From positions 1 to 55,736 of IMG/VR virus record IMGVR_UViG_3300045120_000268: 55,736 bases of DNA; one strand, given 5' to 3'. The DNA comes from a virus. Its lineage: Duplodnaviria > Caudoviricetes. The notes beneath the pieces were generated by a model. It had not been told where the DNA came from. It did no database searches and saw only the letters and a program-made list of their open reading frames with translations. The translations under genes were made by a program, and so were the position numbers. Of this stretch, positions 8,412 to 17,593 are shown in pieces; positions within the stretch are counted from its first letter, which is position 1; every line of letters starts with the position of its first letter.

Positions 8412-10144
8412 CGGTTCCTCCCTGCCACATAGGCGTACAAGTCCGCCGGATCCCAGATGCGGGCGTTGCCCCGGTACCCCAGTTCCTTCGGGAACCCGTC
8501 GCGCTGGGATGCCTTCTGGGCTGCGCCGAGCGCACGGTGATAATCCCGGCCCGTGAATATGCCCTCCCGCACCGCCTCGCTGAGCGTTATCCCCTGGGGC
8601 AGTTCAGGGACATGTCCCTGAGACATCCGCAGGTCAGGAGCCCCCATAGGCAAGGCCACACGATCTGGGACAGCGATCCCCGGCATCCCCGCCGGGCACG
8701 GCGTCACCACACCCGCGACGGCGAGCTCCCGCGCCTGCTCGAGGTCCATCAGCGGTGTCTGCGCCTCGCTGATCGTCGCACCGGCGACGCACTGGACGCG
8801 GCCGATGACGTCCGGCGACGGAGGCATCGGCACGTCGCGGCCGACGAGCATGTTCCACGAGCCCTGCTGGTAGCGGGCCAGGCAGCGGACACCGATGTTC
8901 TCCCGCACGGAGCCACCGCCGAGGATTTCCGCGGTGAGCTGCTGGGCGATGATGATCTCATGCATGTCTACCGCCCGGCCCGCGAACGAGACCCGCGCCA
9001 TCCCCGTCAGCGCGGGGGATTTCTTCGGCGGCTCTTTCCCGCCGTGGGTGTCTGACCAGTCCTGTTTCACCACCGGGTCGCCCCAGTGCTCTTTCAGCAG
9101 CGGTGCCGCGAGGTTCAGCTCTTCCACGACGACCCACAGCCGGGGGCCGACGCTGCCGAGCAGGGTGCCTTTGGCGTTGATGATGCGTTCGGCGACCTGG
9201 TTGCGGCGCTCGAGTTCGTCGCTGAGCCACACCATCGCGTCATGCAGGTCAGAGGTGCGGCGGGCGTAGCCGACGTTGGGGATCTGGCCGTATTCGGCGT
9301 CCATGTCCTTGAACACCCACGGGTGGGAGAACAGCTTCGCGTCGAGGATGAGCGCGACCGCGCCGCGCTGCAGGTCCTGCACCAGCCAGAACGTCGTCAA
9401 GTTCGACTTGCCGGCCCCGCTGCCCATCGCGACGCCAAAATGGGGGGAATCGAGGTTGAGGGAAATTTTGACGGTCTTGCCCTGTTTCCCGATCCCCACC
9501 ATGAGCTCGTCGCGGCCCAGGGCCGCGACCCGCTGCTCAACGTCGTTTCCCCAGGTCACGAGGCTGGGTGGGGGTTCGCTGTGGGTGTAGACGACGTACC
9601 TGGCGCGGCCTTGCAACTGCCGGTCCACTGAGGGTGCCTCAATGCCGAGGGTGACACTGACGGTGTTGTCCAGCGCTGCCCACTCCCGGTCGGTGCCCAT
9701 CCACTCCGCCGGCAGCCACACCTTCGCCCGGGTCCGGTCGGGTTCGATCTGCAGCCGTGGCGGTACGCCCTCGAGCATCGGCGCGAGGCGGCGCTGCAGC
9801 GGCCGGACGTAGCGCCAGTGATGCGGCAGGTGCCGAAGCCGCCGGAACCACAGCCACCAGCCACCCACGCCGAGCGCGGCCAGGACCACGGCGGCGACAG
9901 CGCCGAGGGTGACGGTGCGGGCCGCCAGCAGGCCGTACAGCAAGCCGAACAGGGCGACGGTGCCGCCGGTGCGGACCGCGGCGTGGCGGCGGCGGCGCCA
10001 GCGGCGCGGGCGCGGCTGGCCGTCGAGGTCCAGGCCGGTGAACCAGCGCCACATGACCTGGACAAGCCAGGACTGGCTGGCCTTGCGCCACAGCCACGCG
10101 GCGGTAAGGCCAGCCAGCACCGTCAGGACGACCGCTGCTGCCAC
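8408..10144 (-). CDS. FtsK/SpoIIIE-family DNA translocase (TraB/TraSA-like)
   Basis: N-terminal TMs, Walker A GSGAGKS, Walker B VVVEE, GRAVDMHEIIIAQQ, C-terminal wHTH-like domain. Confidence 0.8.
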   Translation of the reverse strand: MAAAVVLTVLAGLTAAWLWRKASQSWLVQVMWRWFTGLDLDGQPRPRRWRRRRHAAVRTGGTVALFGLLYGLLAARTVTLGAVAAVVLAALGVGGWWLWFRRLRHLPHHWRYVRPLQRRLAPMLEGVPPRLQIEPDRTRAKVWLPAEWMGTDREWAALDNTVSVTLGIEAPSVDRQLQGRARYVVYTHSEPPPSLVTWGNDVEQRVAALGRDELMVGIGKQGKTVKISLNLDSPHFGVAMGSGAGKSNLTTFWLVQDLQRGAVALILDAKLFSHPWVFKDMDAEYGQIPNVGYARRTSDLHDAMVWLSDELERRNQVAERIINAKGTLLGSVGPRLWVVVEELNLAAPLLKEHWGDPVVKQDWSDTHGGKEPPKKSPALTGMARVSFAGRAVDMHEIIIAQQLTAEILGGGSVRENIGVRCLARYQQGSWNMLVGRDVPMPPSPDVIGRVQCVAGATISEAQTPLMDLEQARELAVAGVVTPCPAGMPGIAVPDRVALPMGAPDLRMSQGHVPELPQGITLSEAVREGIFTGRDYHRALGAAQKASQRDGFPKELGYRGNARIWDPADLYAYVAGRNR

Positions 10145-10704
10145 TAGGCGCCCCCGTGCCCGTTGAAGGCTGCCTTGACGGCTGCGCGCTCCCGCTTCTG
10201 GACGAGCCTGGCCGTCTTCGGCGAGACCCCCTCATCGGTCATGATCTTCCGTTGCGGTTCGGGCTGCCAGGCAGTTACACGCGGAGTTACAGCTGGCGGG
10301 GTCGTGCGGGCGGTGCGGCGCACCATCAGGATCGACATCTCCGCGCACCCGATGAACGCATACGCCGGCCACCCCGAAATCAGCGCCCCGGTGACACCGG
10401 ACGCGGCGCCGTAGGCGACGTTCGCGGCCAGTGTGGCGAGCACCGACGACAGGAGCATCACCTGCGCCAGCCACGGCGCGGCGAGACGCAGCCGGGCGGC
10501 GCGCAACAGGACGAGGCTGGAGGCGACGACGGTCCCGTCGATGGAGAACGGCAGCAGCACCGCCGCCAGCTGGGTCTGCCCGTGGGTGGCCGCGAGATCC
10601 CGGATGTGAATGAAGCTCACGGTTGCCGCGATGGCGGCGACGAACAGCACCGCGGCGGCGGTGCCGCGCCGGATCCACCGGTCGGGTTCTGTACGGTTCT
10701 GCAT
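10144..10704 (-). CDS. DUF2637 / SpdA-like 4-TM protein
   Basis: VAAIAATVSFIHIRDLA...HGQ...LLPFSIDG...ATLAANVA...WPAYA. Confidence 0.85.
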   Translation of the reverse strand: MQNRTEPDRWIRRGTAAAVLFVAAIAATVSFIHIRDLAATHGQTQLAAVLLPFSIDGTVVASSLVLLRAARLRLAAPWLAQVMLLSSVLATLAANVAYGAASGVTGALISGWPAYAFIGCAEMSILMVRRTARTTPPAVTPRVTAWQPEPQRKIMTDEGVSPKTARLVQKRERAAVKAAFNGHGGA

Positions 10705-10833
10705 CAGGACCTCACTCGGTTTGGGGTCTTAGGCCAGCGGGAGGCGTTTGCGCGCTAACCGCTGGCCGCCATAACTCATAGGTGGTGGTGGTGGGCACTG
10801 GGCATCACCTCCTACTCGGTTCAGGCTTGGGGT

Positions 10834-11178
10834 CTAGGTGCCTTCGATTGGCGATACGGGAGGCATGCTGATCTCAAGATCAACGCGCCACTTAACGAAC
10901 GATCCGGCATTGAGGTCCCAGATCCGCACAAGCTCGCTGACGTGAAAGCCCGACCCTTCCAGCAGCCAGACAGCACGCAGGCCGGAATGATCTCCACCGC
11001 CGAAGTAGATCACCGGATGTGGGTAGGCATGGCCCGGGCCACCCTGACAGGACGAGCCTGTCAGGACGCCATGATCGCGGAGAAGGATCACCGCATCGCG
11101 GATACCCGGATCGAGATCCGCGCGGATATCTTCCTCTGCCGGTTCCCATTTCTCGAAAGTGGCTGGGGTATCAGTCAT
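10834..11178 (-). CDS. Hypothetical phage protein (SCxG..H motif)
   Basis: LDPGIRDAVILLRDHGVLTGSSCQGGPGH. Confidence 0.65.
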   Translation of the reverse strand: MTDTPATFEKWEPAEEDIRADLDPGIRDAVILLRDHGVLTGSSCQGGPGHAYPHPVIYFGGGDHSGLRAVWLLEGSGFHVSELVRIWDLNAGSFVKWRVDLEISMPPVSPIEGT

Positions 11179-11194
11179 CCCTGCATCCTCCCTC

Positions 11195-11308
11195 TCAGTC
11201 GCCGCCGCGGTAAGCGGCCACGACCCACAGCGCCGTCCCCGCCGCGGCCACCAGCAGCACGACCGCCCACAGCGCCCACCACCGCCAGCGCACCCACCAC
11301 CGCCTCAC
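11195..11308 (-). CDS. 37-aa Trp/Arg-rich membrane peptide (not in ORF track)
   Basis: MRRWWVRWRWWALWAVVLLVAAAGTALWVVAAYRGGD; GTGA-coupled to upstream gene. Confidence 0.5.
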   Translation of the reverse strand: MRRWWVRWRWWALWAVVLLVAAAGTALWVVAAYRGGD

Positions 11309-11490
11309 CTCTCCCGCCGGGCGATCCACGCACGGACCTGGTCCCGCAGGTCCGTCCAGTCCTCACCCGTCAGCCAGGGCGACGGCGACGTCCTCAGCCG
11401 CCGCGCGTGCGGCAGCCGGTCCACCCCCACCGAGAACCGCCAGCCGGGAAACTCGCGTTCAAGATCCATCTGTCTCAGCTCGTCATCCAT
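11305..11490 (-). CDS. Small hypothetical protein divergent from GntR
   Basis: LEREFPGWRF; GGAGGGG RBS. Confidence 0.6.
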   Translation of the reverse strand: MDDELRQMDLEREFPGWRFSVGVDRLPHARRLRTSPSPWLTGEDWTDLRDQVRAWIARRER

Positions 11491-11531
11491 CTTCCGATCC
11501 CCCTCCAAGGTGTTCTACTATACTAACCACA

Positions 11532-11545
11532 TGGTGCCTATACCA
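11532..11545. promoter_or_regulatory. Candidate GntR operator
   Basis: TGGT-GCCTAT-ACCA inverted repeat in an AT-rich divergent promoter region. Confidence 0.35.
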
Positions 11546-11589
11546 GAGACTGGGCTCTATCGGCACGCAGGGGGTCCGATCACTACGTT

Positions 11590-11835
11590 GTGCAGGTGCA
11601 AATTGATCATGAGTCGGACGTGTTCCCGTACCGGCAGGTAGCGGACCAGCTCCGCGCGGCGATCGACGCCGGCGAATACGGGCCTGGCCGCAAGATCCCG
11701 TCGCTGCAGGCGCTGGTCCGTGAGACCGGGCTCGCGGTCGAGACGATCCGCCGCGCCATCCGCGTCCTCGTCGACGAGGGCGTCGTCTACACGGTGCAGG
11801 GCCGGGGCACATTCGTCAGCAAGGAGCGGAAATGA
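11590..11835 (+). CDS. GntR-family wHTH regulator (Kor-like, DNA-binding domain only)
   Basis: PYRQVADQLRAAIDAGEYGPGRKIPS...TIRRAIRVLVDEG...GRGTFV. Confidence 0.92.
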   Translation: MQVQIDHESDVFPYRQVADQLRAAIDAGEYGPGRKIPSLQALVRETGLAVETIRRAIRVLVDEGVVYTVQGRGTFVSKERK

Positions 11836-12053
11836 GCGATGGTGTCGTCCGCATGGTGGTCCTGGTCGAGCGCGACAGCCCCCAGAGCGTAGTGGCCGTG
11901 TCCCGTGGCTGGGTGATCCCGAAAGAGGTCTTCGCCGACATGGAAGCAACCTTCCGGCGCTACTACGGCCCCCCGGCGCAGGAGGGGATGCGCGACTTGG
12001 CGACCCGTGACGATGTGGTTATGGATAGAGAGAGAAGGGATACCGATGGCTGA
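11832..12053 (+). CDS. Hypothetical protein
   Basis: ATGA-coupled to GntR. Confidence 0.55.
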   Translation: MSDGVVRMVVLVERDSPQSVVAVSRGWVIPKEVFADMEATFRRYYGPPAQEGMRDLATRDDVVMDRERRDTDG

Positions 12054-12324
12054 GACCGTCCGTGTATCTCGCGCCCTGTACCGGCAGGCACTAGACGACG
12101 CCATCGAGTACACCATCGGGCAAGGGGACGTTCGTGAAGGAGCCAGGGCAATGACATGGGATAGCAAGACAGAGGATCTTGCGTGGCTGATGAAGGGCGG
12201 CGCTACAGGCATCTTGTTCGCCCACGAGAAGTACTACGTCATCGTTGCCGGGCGTCTGGTCGGGATCTGGACGAAACGCCGCTGGGCGAAGCGAGACCTG
12301 CGTTACCGGCTGCGGCACCCATGA
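12046..12324 (+). CDS. Hypothetical protein
   Basis: GAAGGGA RBS. Confidence 0.55.
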   Translation: MAETVRVSRALYRQALDDAIEYTIGQGDVREGARAMTWDSKTEDLAWLMKGGATGILFAHEKYYVIVAGRLVGIWTKRRWAKRDLRYRLRHP

Positions 12325-12567
12325 CGGTGCAGGCCAGGGCAATGAAAGGCAACCGCCGCCGGGGCGGCCTGGGGGCCCGTTGTCACTGACTGTCACCGCG
12401 TACCGGGCGCGGGGCTCTGCGGCTATACGCCAGTAGCCTCCTGTGACTGGTGAGGCGTTTCTGTGGCTCCCCGGAGCGCTTTCCCGGGTATGCGTAGTGG
12501 CGTGACTTACGAGCCATCGTATGTACAGGTTTACTGCTATCATCAGAGGGTGACGGAAACCGGGGCG

Positions 12568-12726
12568 ATGGCCCAGCGCATCACGATCTGCCAACTCTGC
12601 CGGAAGCGCGTCTACCGGGTGCGCAACGGCGAGTGGTACCACGACCGCAACGCCAGCGCGTTCTGCCACCCAGGCGACGGCACGCGCCGCAAGGCCCTGC
12701 CGCTGGAGATCGAGGTGGCGCGGTGA
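12568..12726 (+). CDS. Small Cys/His protein
   Basis: CQLC...WYH...C. Confidence 0.55.
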   Translation: MAQRITICQLCRKRVYRVRNGEWYHDRNASAFCHPGDGTRRKALPLEIEVAR

Positions 12727-12929
12727 CGTTCTACGTGATGGGGGACTCACGCCATCCTCAGGCGATCAGGCTGGTGGAGACCGAGACTGCGGGTCTTGAG
12801 CAGTGCGACGTGGACTGGGGCAACGCGACCACCTCTCAGCGTTGTGTGCGGGTTGGCGGCCACGGCGGCGTCCACGTTGACAGCGAAGGCCGTGAGTGGG
12901 GCTGGGTGCTCGCAGCGGAGATGTGGTAA
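12723..12929 (+). CDS. Small hypothetical protein
   Basis: GTGA-coupled; C...C....H...H motif. Confidence 0.5.
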   Translation: MTFYVMGDSRHPQAIRLVETETAGLEQCDVDWGNATTSQRCVRVGGHGGVHVDSEGREWGWVLAAEMW

Positions 12930-12997
12930 CCGGCGATGACGGCTCGCATGGCGGTGGTCACCAGCCGGGGGCAACTGGTCGGATGCTGTCTCGCTCA

Positions 12998-13048
12998 CCA
13001 TCGTGTGGTCTATCTGAGTATCTGGCAGGAGTGGACTCACACTGATGG
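12998..13048. other. Candidate attP
   Basis: 51-bp imperfect inverted repeat CCATC-GTGTG-GTCTA...TGGACTCACACTGATGG abutting the integrase start. Confidence 0.5.
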
Positions 13049-14484
13049 CCGGGTCTGTGACAAGCAGAACTGAGCCGCTGGAGGCCGGGATCTACTGCCG
13101 CCTCAGCCTCGCCCGCGACGGCGACACCACCAAAGTCGACGAGCAGGAACGCATCTGCCGCGAACTGCTCCGCCAGCGCGGATGGGAACCAGTCACCGGC
13201 TGCGGCTACCCCGACCCCAACGGCGTCTACACCGACAACAGCAAATCCGCGTGGAAGAAAAACACCAAACGCCCCGCGTGGGACCAGATGCTCACCGACG
13301 TCGACGCGGGCAAGCTCGCCGCGATCGTCGTCTACCACGGCGACCGCCTCGTCCGGCAGCCGTTCGACCTCAACCACCTCATCAAGCTCGCCGACGGCCG
13401 TGGTCTCAGGATCGCCAGCCCCACCGGCGACCGCGACCTCGACAACCACGACGACCGGTTCGTCCTCCGCATCCTCACCGACGTCGCCTGCAAAGAATCC
13501 GACGACACCTCCCGGCGGATGAAGACCGGCCACGCCCGCCGGCGCCGCGCTGGCATCGTCACCACCGGCGGCCGCGGCGGCAGGCTGTTCGGATTCGCCA
13601 AGGACGGCGTCACCCACGTCCCCAAGGAGGCGGCGATCGTCCGCGAGGTGACCGCCGCGATCCTCGCCGGCGGTTCCGTCCGCCACATCGCCGCGGACCT
13701 CCGGGAGCGGGGCGTCACCACCACGGCCGGGAAGCCCATGCACCCGCTCGCCATCCGCCGCATGATCGGCTCGCCGCGCTATGCCGGGCTGATGCCCGGC
13801 GGCGTCTCAGCTGCAGCATGGGCTCCCATCGTGGAACGCGAAGACTGGGAGATGGCGACCGCGTTGCTGGACAGCCGCGGCGGGATGCTGCCGGCGGGGC
13901 ACAATGCAGGCAAGTACCTGCTGTCCGGCCTGGCGGTGTGCGGGGTGTGCGGGCGCGGCCTTCAGGTGCTGCCCGCGCACACGGCGCGCTGGACGGGGAA
14001 GCCGGTTCACGTGGCGGCGCGGTACGGATGCCTGCGGGACGGCTGCCGCAAAGTGTTCCGCGACCTGGCTCTGCTCGACGGGTACGTATCGGCCCGCGTT
14101 GTGGAACGTCTGAACAACCCCGCCAGCCCGCCCGGGCGCCTGCCGTCCACGCCGGGACTGGCTGTCGAGCTCCGCGCACTGGCCGAGGAGCGCGAGCAGG
14201 TCGAGGCCGCGATTGCCGACCACACCAAGGGCCGACTCGCCGTTCTCCTCTTGCGCCTCGACTCCCTCGACACGCGGCTCGCCGATATCCGGGAGCTGGC
14301 CGGGGCCGGCGCACAGGCCCGCGTCCTCGGCCGCCATGCGGGCCTCAGCCTGGACGAGTTCGCAGGCCTCGAGCTTGGCGTTCGCCGGGCACTCGTCTCT
14401 GGGTGCTACAAAGTGGTAGTCCTGCCAGCGTCGGCCCGGGGGCCGGGGTTCCGCACGGACGACGTGACCCTGGAACCCCGGTGA
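13045..14484 (+). CDS. int: Large serine integrase
   Basis: IYCRLS catalytic motif, DNSKSA, DRLVR, recombinase domain, YLLSGLAVCGVCG zinc ribbon, coiled coil. Confidence 0.95.
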   Translation: MAGSVTSRTEPLEAGIYCRLSLARDGDTTKVDEQERICRELLRQRGWEPVTGCGYPDPNGVYTDNSKSAWKKNTKRPAWDQMLTDVDAGKLAAIVVYHGDRLVRQPFDLNHLIKLADGRGLRIASPTGDRDLDNHDDRFVLRILTDVACKESDDTSRRMKTGHARRRRAGIVTTGGRGGRLFGFAKDGVTHVPKEAAIVREVTAAILAGGSVRHIAADLRERGVTTTAGKPMHPLAIRRMIGSPRYAGLMPGGVSAAAWAPIVEREDWEMATALLDSRGGMLPAGHNAGKYLLSGLAVCGVCGRGLQVLPAHTARWTGKPVHVAARYGCLRDGCRKVFRDLALLDGYVSARVVERLNNPASPPGRLPSTPGLAVELRALAEEREQVEAAIADHTKGRLAVLLLRLDSLDTRLADIRELAGAGAQARVLGRHAGLSLDEFAGLELGVRRALVSGCYKVVVLPASARGPGFRTDDVTLEPR

Positions 14485-14769
14485 CCGGTACTGCCGGTCG
14501 ACGGAGAACACCGGGACGGGCCCGGCCATGAGGACCGCCACACCGAGGCAGGCGATGATCAAGGCGCGGACGACATACAGGTGGGTGCGGTCCCTGTTCG
14601 GGTCGCGCGGCGGCCGTTTGCGTTTCGGCGCGGCGTGGGCGCCGGTGGCGTCGGTGCGGCCCGCGGTGTAGAACAGGCCGGCGACTTTCGCGAGCGCGTC
14701 CACAGCGGCCTGAAGCCGCGCGATCTCGGCGCGTAGCCGTCTCACCTCATGCGTGTCGACCTCAGCCAT
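13807..14769 (-). CDS. Hypothetical membrane protein downstream of repressor; frame runs antisense into int
   Basis: GGAGGGG RBS, coiled coil plus TM; the part overlapping int is doubtful. Confidence 0.4.
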   Translation of the reverse strand: MAEVDTHEVRRLRAEIARLQAAVDALAKVAGLFYTAGRTDATGAHAAPKRKRPPRDPNRDRTHLYVVRALIIACLGVAVLMAGPVPVFSVDRQYRSPGFQGHVVRAEPRPPGRRWQDYHFVAPRDECPANAKLEACELVQAEARMAAEDAGLCAGPGQLPDIGEPRVEGVEAQEENGESALGVVGNRGLDLLALLGQCAELDSQSRRGRQAPGRAGGVVQTFHNAGRYVPVEQSQVAEHFAAAVPQASVPRRHVNRLPRPARRVRGQHLKAAPAHPAHRQAGQQVLACIVPRRQHPAAAVQQRGRHLPVFAFHDGSPCCS

Positions 14770-14821
14770 GATGTGGTTTCCCCTCCCGGCCGTCCCGCAG
14801 CGGGTGGGGCGGCGCCTTTGC

Positions 14822-15163
14822 CTATTGGGCCGGTGGTAATGCCGTCCGGCGTGCGTGCTCCCGTTTCGCACGACGGAGGTCGAAGATCAGGCCGCGCCGT
14901 TCCTCGTCGCTGCCGAGGGTGAGGTCGTCCCACACGGCCCGTTCGACCGGGTCGGTGTAGACCTCCGGGCCCGTGCCGTTGAGCAGGCTGATGCCCAGGA
15001 CATCCTCGATCGCGCCTTCGGTGCGGTCCGGGCGCTGCTTGTTCCGTTCCCACGCGGAGACGGTCGCCCGGTTGACGTCGAGACGGTCGGCGAGTTCCTG
15101 CTGGGTCCACTTGAGCGCCTGGCGGCGCAGGCGGATGCGCTCGCCAAGGGACCTGTCAGCCAT
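14822..15163 (-). CDS. Immunity repressor (XRE HTH)
   Basis: LGERIRLRRQALKWTQQELADRLDVNRATVSAWE; divergent from the Cro-like gene. Confidence 0.88.
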   Translation of the reverse strand: MADRSLGERIRLRRQALKWTQQELADRLDVNRATVSAWERNKQRPDRTEGAIEDVLGISLLNGTGPEVYTDPVERAVWDDLTLGSDEERRGLIFDLRRAKREHARRTALPPAQ

Positions 15164-15330
15164 GGCCGATATCAAAACCCACAACGCATCAAACGTCAAC
15201 CGGATGCAACGAACCACCGCAAAGGTTCACAAAGTGTCACCACCTCGCAACCCCTCAATGTTCAGGCAGGTAGCAGCGTTTTGTGAAATGCGACTTGCGG
15301 TGTTGCGTTGGGTTCGGTAGCGTGCTCGGC
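15164..15330. promoter_or_regulatory. Lysis/lysogeny switch region with inverted repeats
   Basis: AT-rich; CAACGCA, CACCGCAA and TTCACAAA are mirrored by TTTGTGAA, TTGCGGTG and TGCGTTG. Confidence 0.7.
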
Positions 15331-15573
15331 ATGGCACTTCGTAAGGCGAACGGCGTTGCGATTCGCGAGTTCCGCAAGGCCCTGGGGATCTCCCCCGCTG
15401 AACTCGCGGCATCGGCCGGTGTGGACAGGTCCACGCTGTGGCGGATCGAGGTCGGGACACACCAGCCCCGGCCGCCGACGTTGTGGAAGATCGCCGAACG
15501 TCTCCAGGTGCCGCTCGGCGCGATCAGCAGCACGATCCCCGAACCCGAACCCGAGGATCGGGTGGCGTCGTGA
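15331..15573 (+). CDS. Cro-like XRE HTH
   Basis: IREFRKALGISPAELAASAGVDRSTLWRIE. Confidence 0.88.
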   Translation: MALRKANGVAIREFRKALGISPAELAASAGVDRSTLWRIEVGTHQPRPPTLWKIAERLQVPLGAISSTIPEPEPEDRVAS

Positions 15574-17387
15574 TTTGCCGCAGCCTCGACGAGGTTTACG
15601 CCGCCGCCAAAGCCGACGCCGCCGATGAGCCACCGCTCGACCAGGACACCGCCGACCTCATCGCCGCGATCCTCGCACCCACCCGCACCAAGGACGGGGA
15701 CGCAGCCGCATGAACCACTTACCCGGCCCCCGGGGGGGAGCGGCCACACCAGCCTGACAACAGAACGGGCCGCCGTCCACCAACGGCAGCCCGTCCCCGG
15801 TCCCGCCCGGTGAGAACCCGAGCGGGAAGCCCGGGACAGGACCAGCACCAATCATAGGAGAACCCGAGCGAAATGAGCAGCAACAGCATCACCGTCAACA
15901 TCTACATGCGTGACGGCGCACCCGGGCCGCAGGTCCGCGACGCCACCGGAGGCGGCGCCCCGCTCGTCGTTGTCGAGTTCGGCGATTTCCCCTCCACCGC
16001 GTCCATCAGCGTCTCCTCCGTGGAGCAGGTGGACAGGCTGACGGCCGCGCTCGCTGTGGCGAGGGAACTGCTGACCGGCGGCGCGTCATGACCGCCCGCC
16101 TCGGCTACGTGGTCGCGGAAGTCAACCAGGCCAGTCACCAGGCTGAGCGGCTGACAACTGACGACCTCCACTGGGACCAGGAATGGGCCGAAGAAGTGGC
16201 CCGGATGTACCGCGACGACGCCCGCGAACGGGGCCGCCGTGAGCGGTACATCGTGTGCGAGGTCGTCCCGGTAGAGGACGCGTCATGATCCCCGTCCCAG
16301 GGCATCCCATCCATGCGATCGCCCTCCTGCCCGGCGACGACATCCACCTCGCACCCCACGACATCGAAGGCATCGACTGGGAGGGCCACCACTGGCGGGA
16401 GCACGTCGAATGCGCTGAGGCCGACGTCCAGGTCGACCGGGTCCGCCGCGAAGGCCCGGACAAGGCGTCGGTGTACTGGCACCAGGGGCCGTCGGTGACT
16501 GGGGTGACGGTGTATGGGCCGACGAGCCTCATCCCCCTCCTGCGGCGGGTGGCGTGATGACCCTCAACGCCGCTGGCGACCTGCGCCGCGAGGTCGGGAA
16601 GGGGCAGGCGACAGCGACCTGCTTGCACCGCAAGTACGGCGGCCAGTGCGACTTCATCGTCCGAAACGTCTGGCCCGCACAGGCGGGACGGCGAGCGCGA
16701 GCACACACCCGCGAGACCGGCCACATAACCCAGGTCAGGTACGAGCACATCACTGAGTACCTTCCCGGGACGACAGCATGAGCGGCGTCTACACGGTGGA
16801 GGCTTTCCGCCGCGCCGCCCCCCCAGAGACCCCCACCCGGCCCGCGCCCACCACATGGAACGGCCGCACCCTCGACCCCCACGAGCAGGCCATCGTCGCT
16901 GAGGGGCTGGCGCAGGAACTGGAACACGGCCACCAGCTCATCGCCGGGTGCCAGTCATGAGGCGCACGAACGTACGCGGCCATGCCCTCCGCAGCGAGGG
17001 CAAGTCCTATGGCCCGAGCCGTGACGACCCGTCGCAGTTTGAGCGCTGGCGCGGCCACATCGGCTACGGCCTGTGCGAGTGCGGCGCCCACTCCGACTGC
17101 GAGTGGAGCAACGCCGCCCGCCAGCGCTGGCACGCCACCCACAAGGCAGAAGTGAAGGCCACGTCGTGAGGCCCGCGACGGTGGTCATGCGTGACCCGCT
17201 GCTCCCGCACCAGATCTACGTTGGCAAACGGTGGCACCCCATCCGTGGCACCTACTGGCTGTACGTCAGCTGCAACTGCTTGCACGTCGCCGGGGACGTG
17301 TACGACCCGCTGGACACCCGCGAACTGTACGAACCCGGCGAGGCCCGCGCGATCTGGCGCGCTCACATGGCGGAGGTAGCGGCGTGA
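15570..17387 (+). other. Run of small, mostly coupled early genes (15570-15713, 15873-16091, 16088-16288, 16285-16557, 16554-16781, 16778-16960, 16957-17169, 17166-17387)
   Basis: Consecutive ATGA/GTGA overlaps; several Cys/His motifs. Confidence 0.65.
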
Positions 17388-17593
17388 ACTCCCGGCGGAT
17401 GCGGTTCACACCCGAACCGCTCTACACCCCAGCCGAAGTCGCCGCCCTGTTCGGCGTGCAACCGCAGACGGTCAACCGGTGGGTGCGCAGCCGCCGCATC
17501 CCCCCCGCCGCTGTTGTCCGCACCCCCGCCGGCACCCGCCGCTACCGCGCCAGCGCCATCGACCAGCTCCGGAACGGGGGCAGCGATGGGTGA
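17384..17593 (+). CDS. BldC-like / excisionase-family MerR-type HTH
   Basis: EPLYTPAEVAALFGVQPQTVNRW...RTPAGTRRYR. Confidence 0.8.
   Translation: MNSRRMRFTPEPLYTPAEVAALFGVQPQTVNRWVRSRRIPPAAVVRTPAGTRRYRASAIDQLRNGGSDG

Noticed and set aside
13182-14531. 449-aa Arg-rich ORF
   Set aside because: Alternate frame of the integrase with low-complexity Arg/Pro composition
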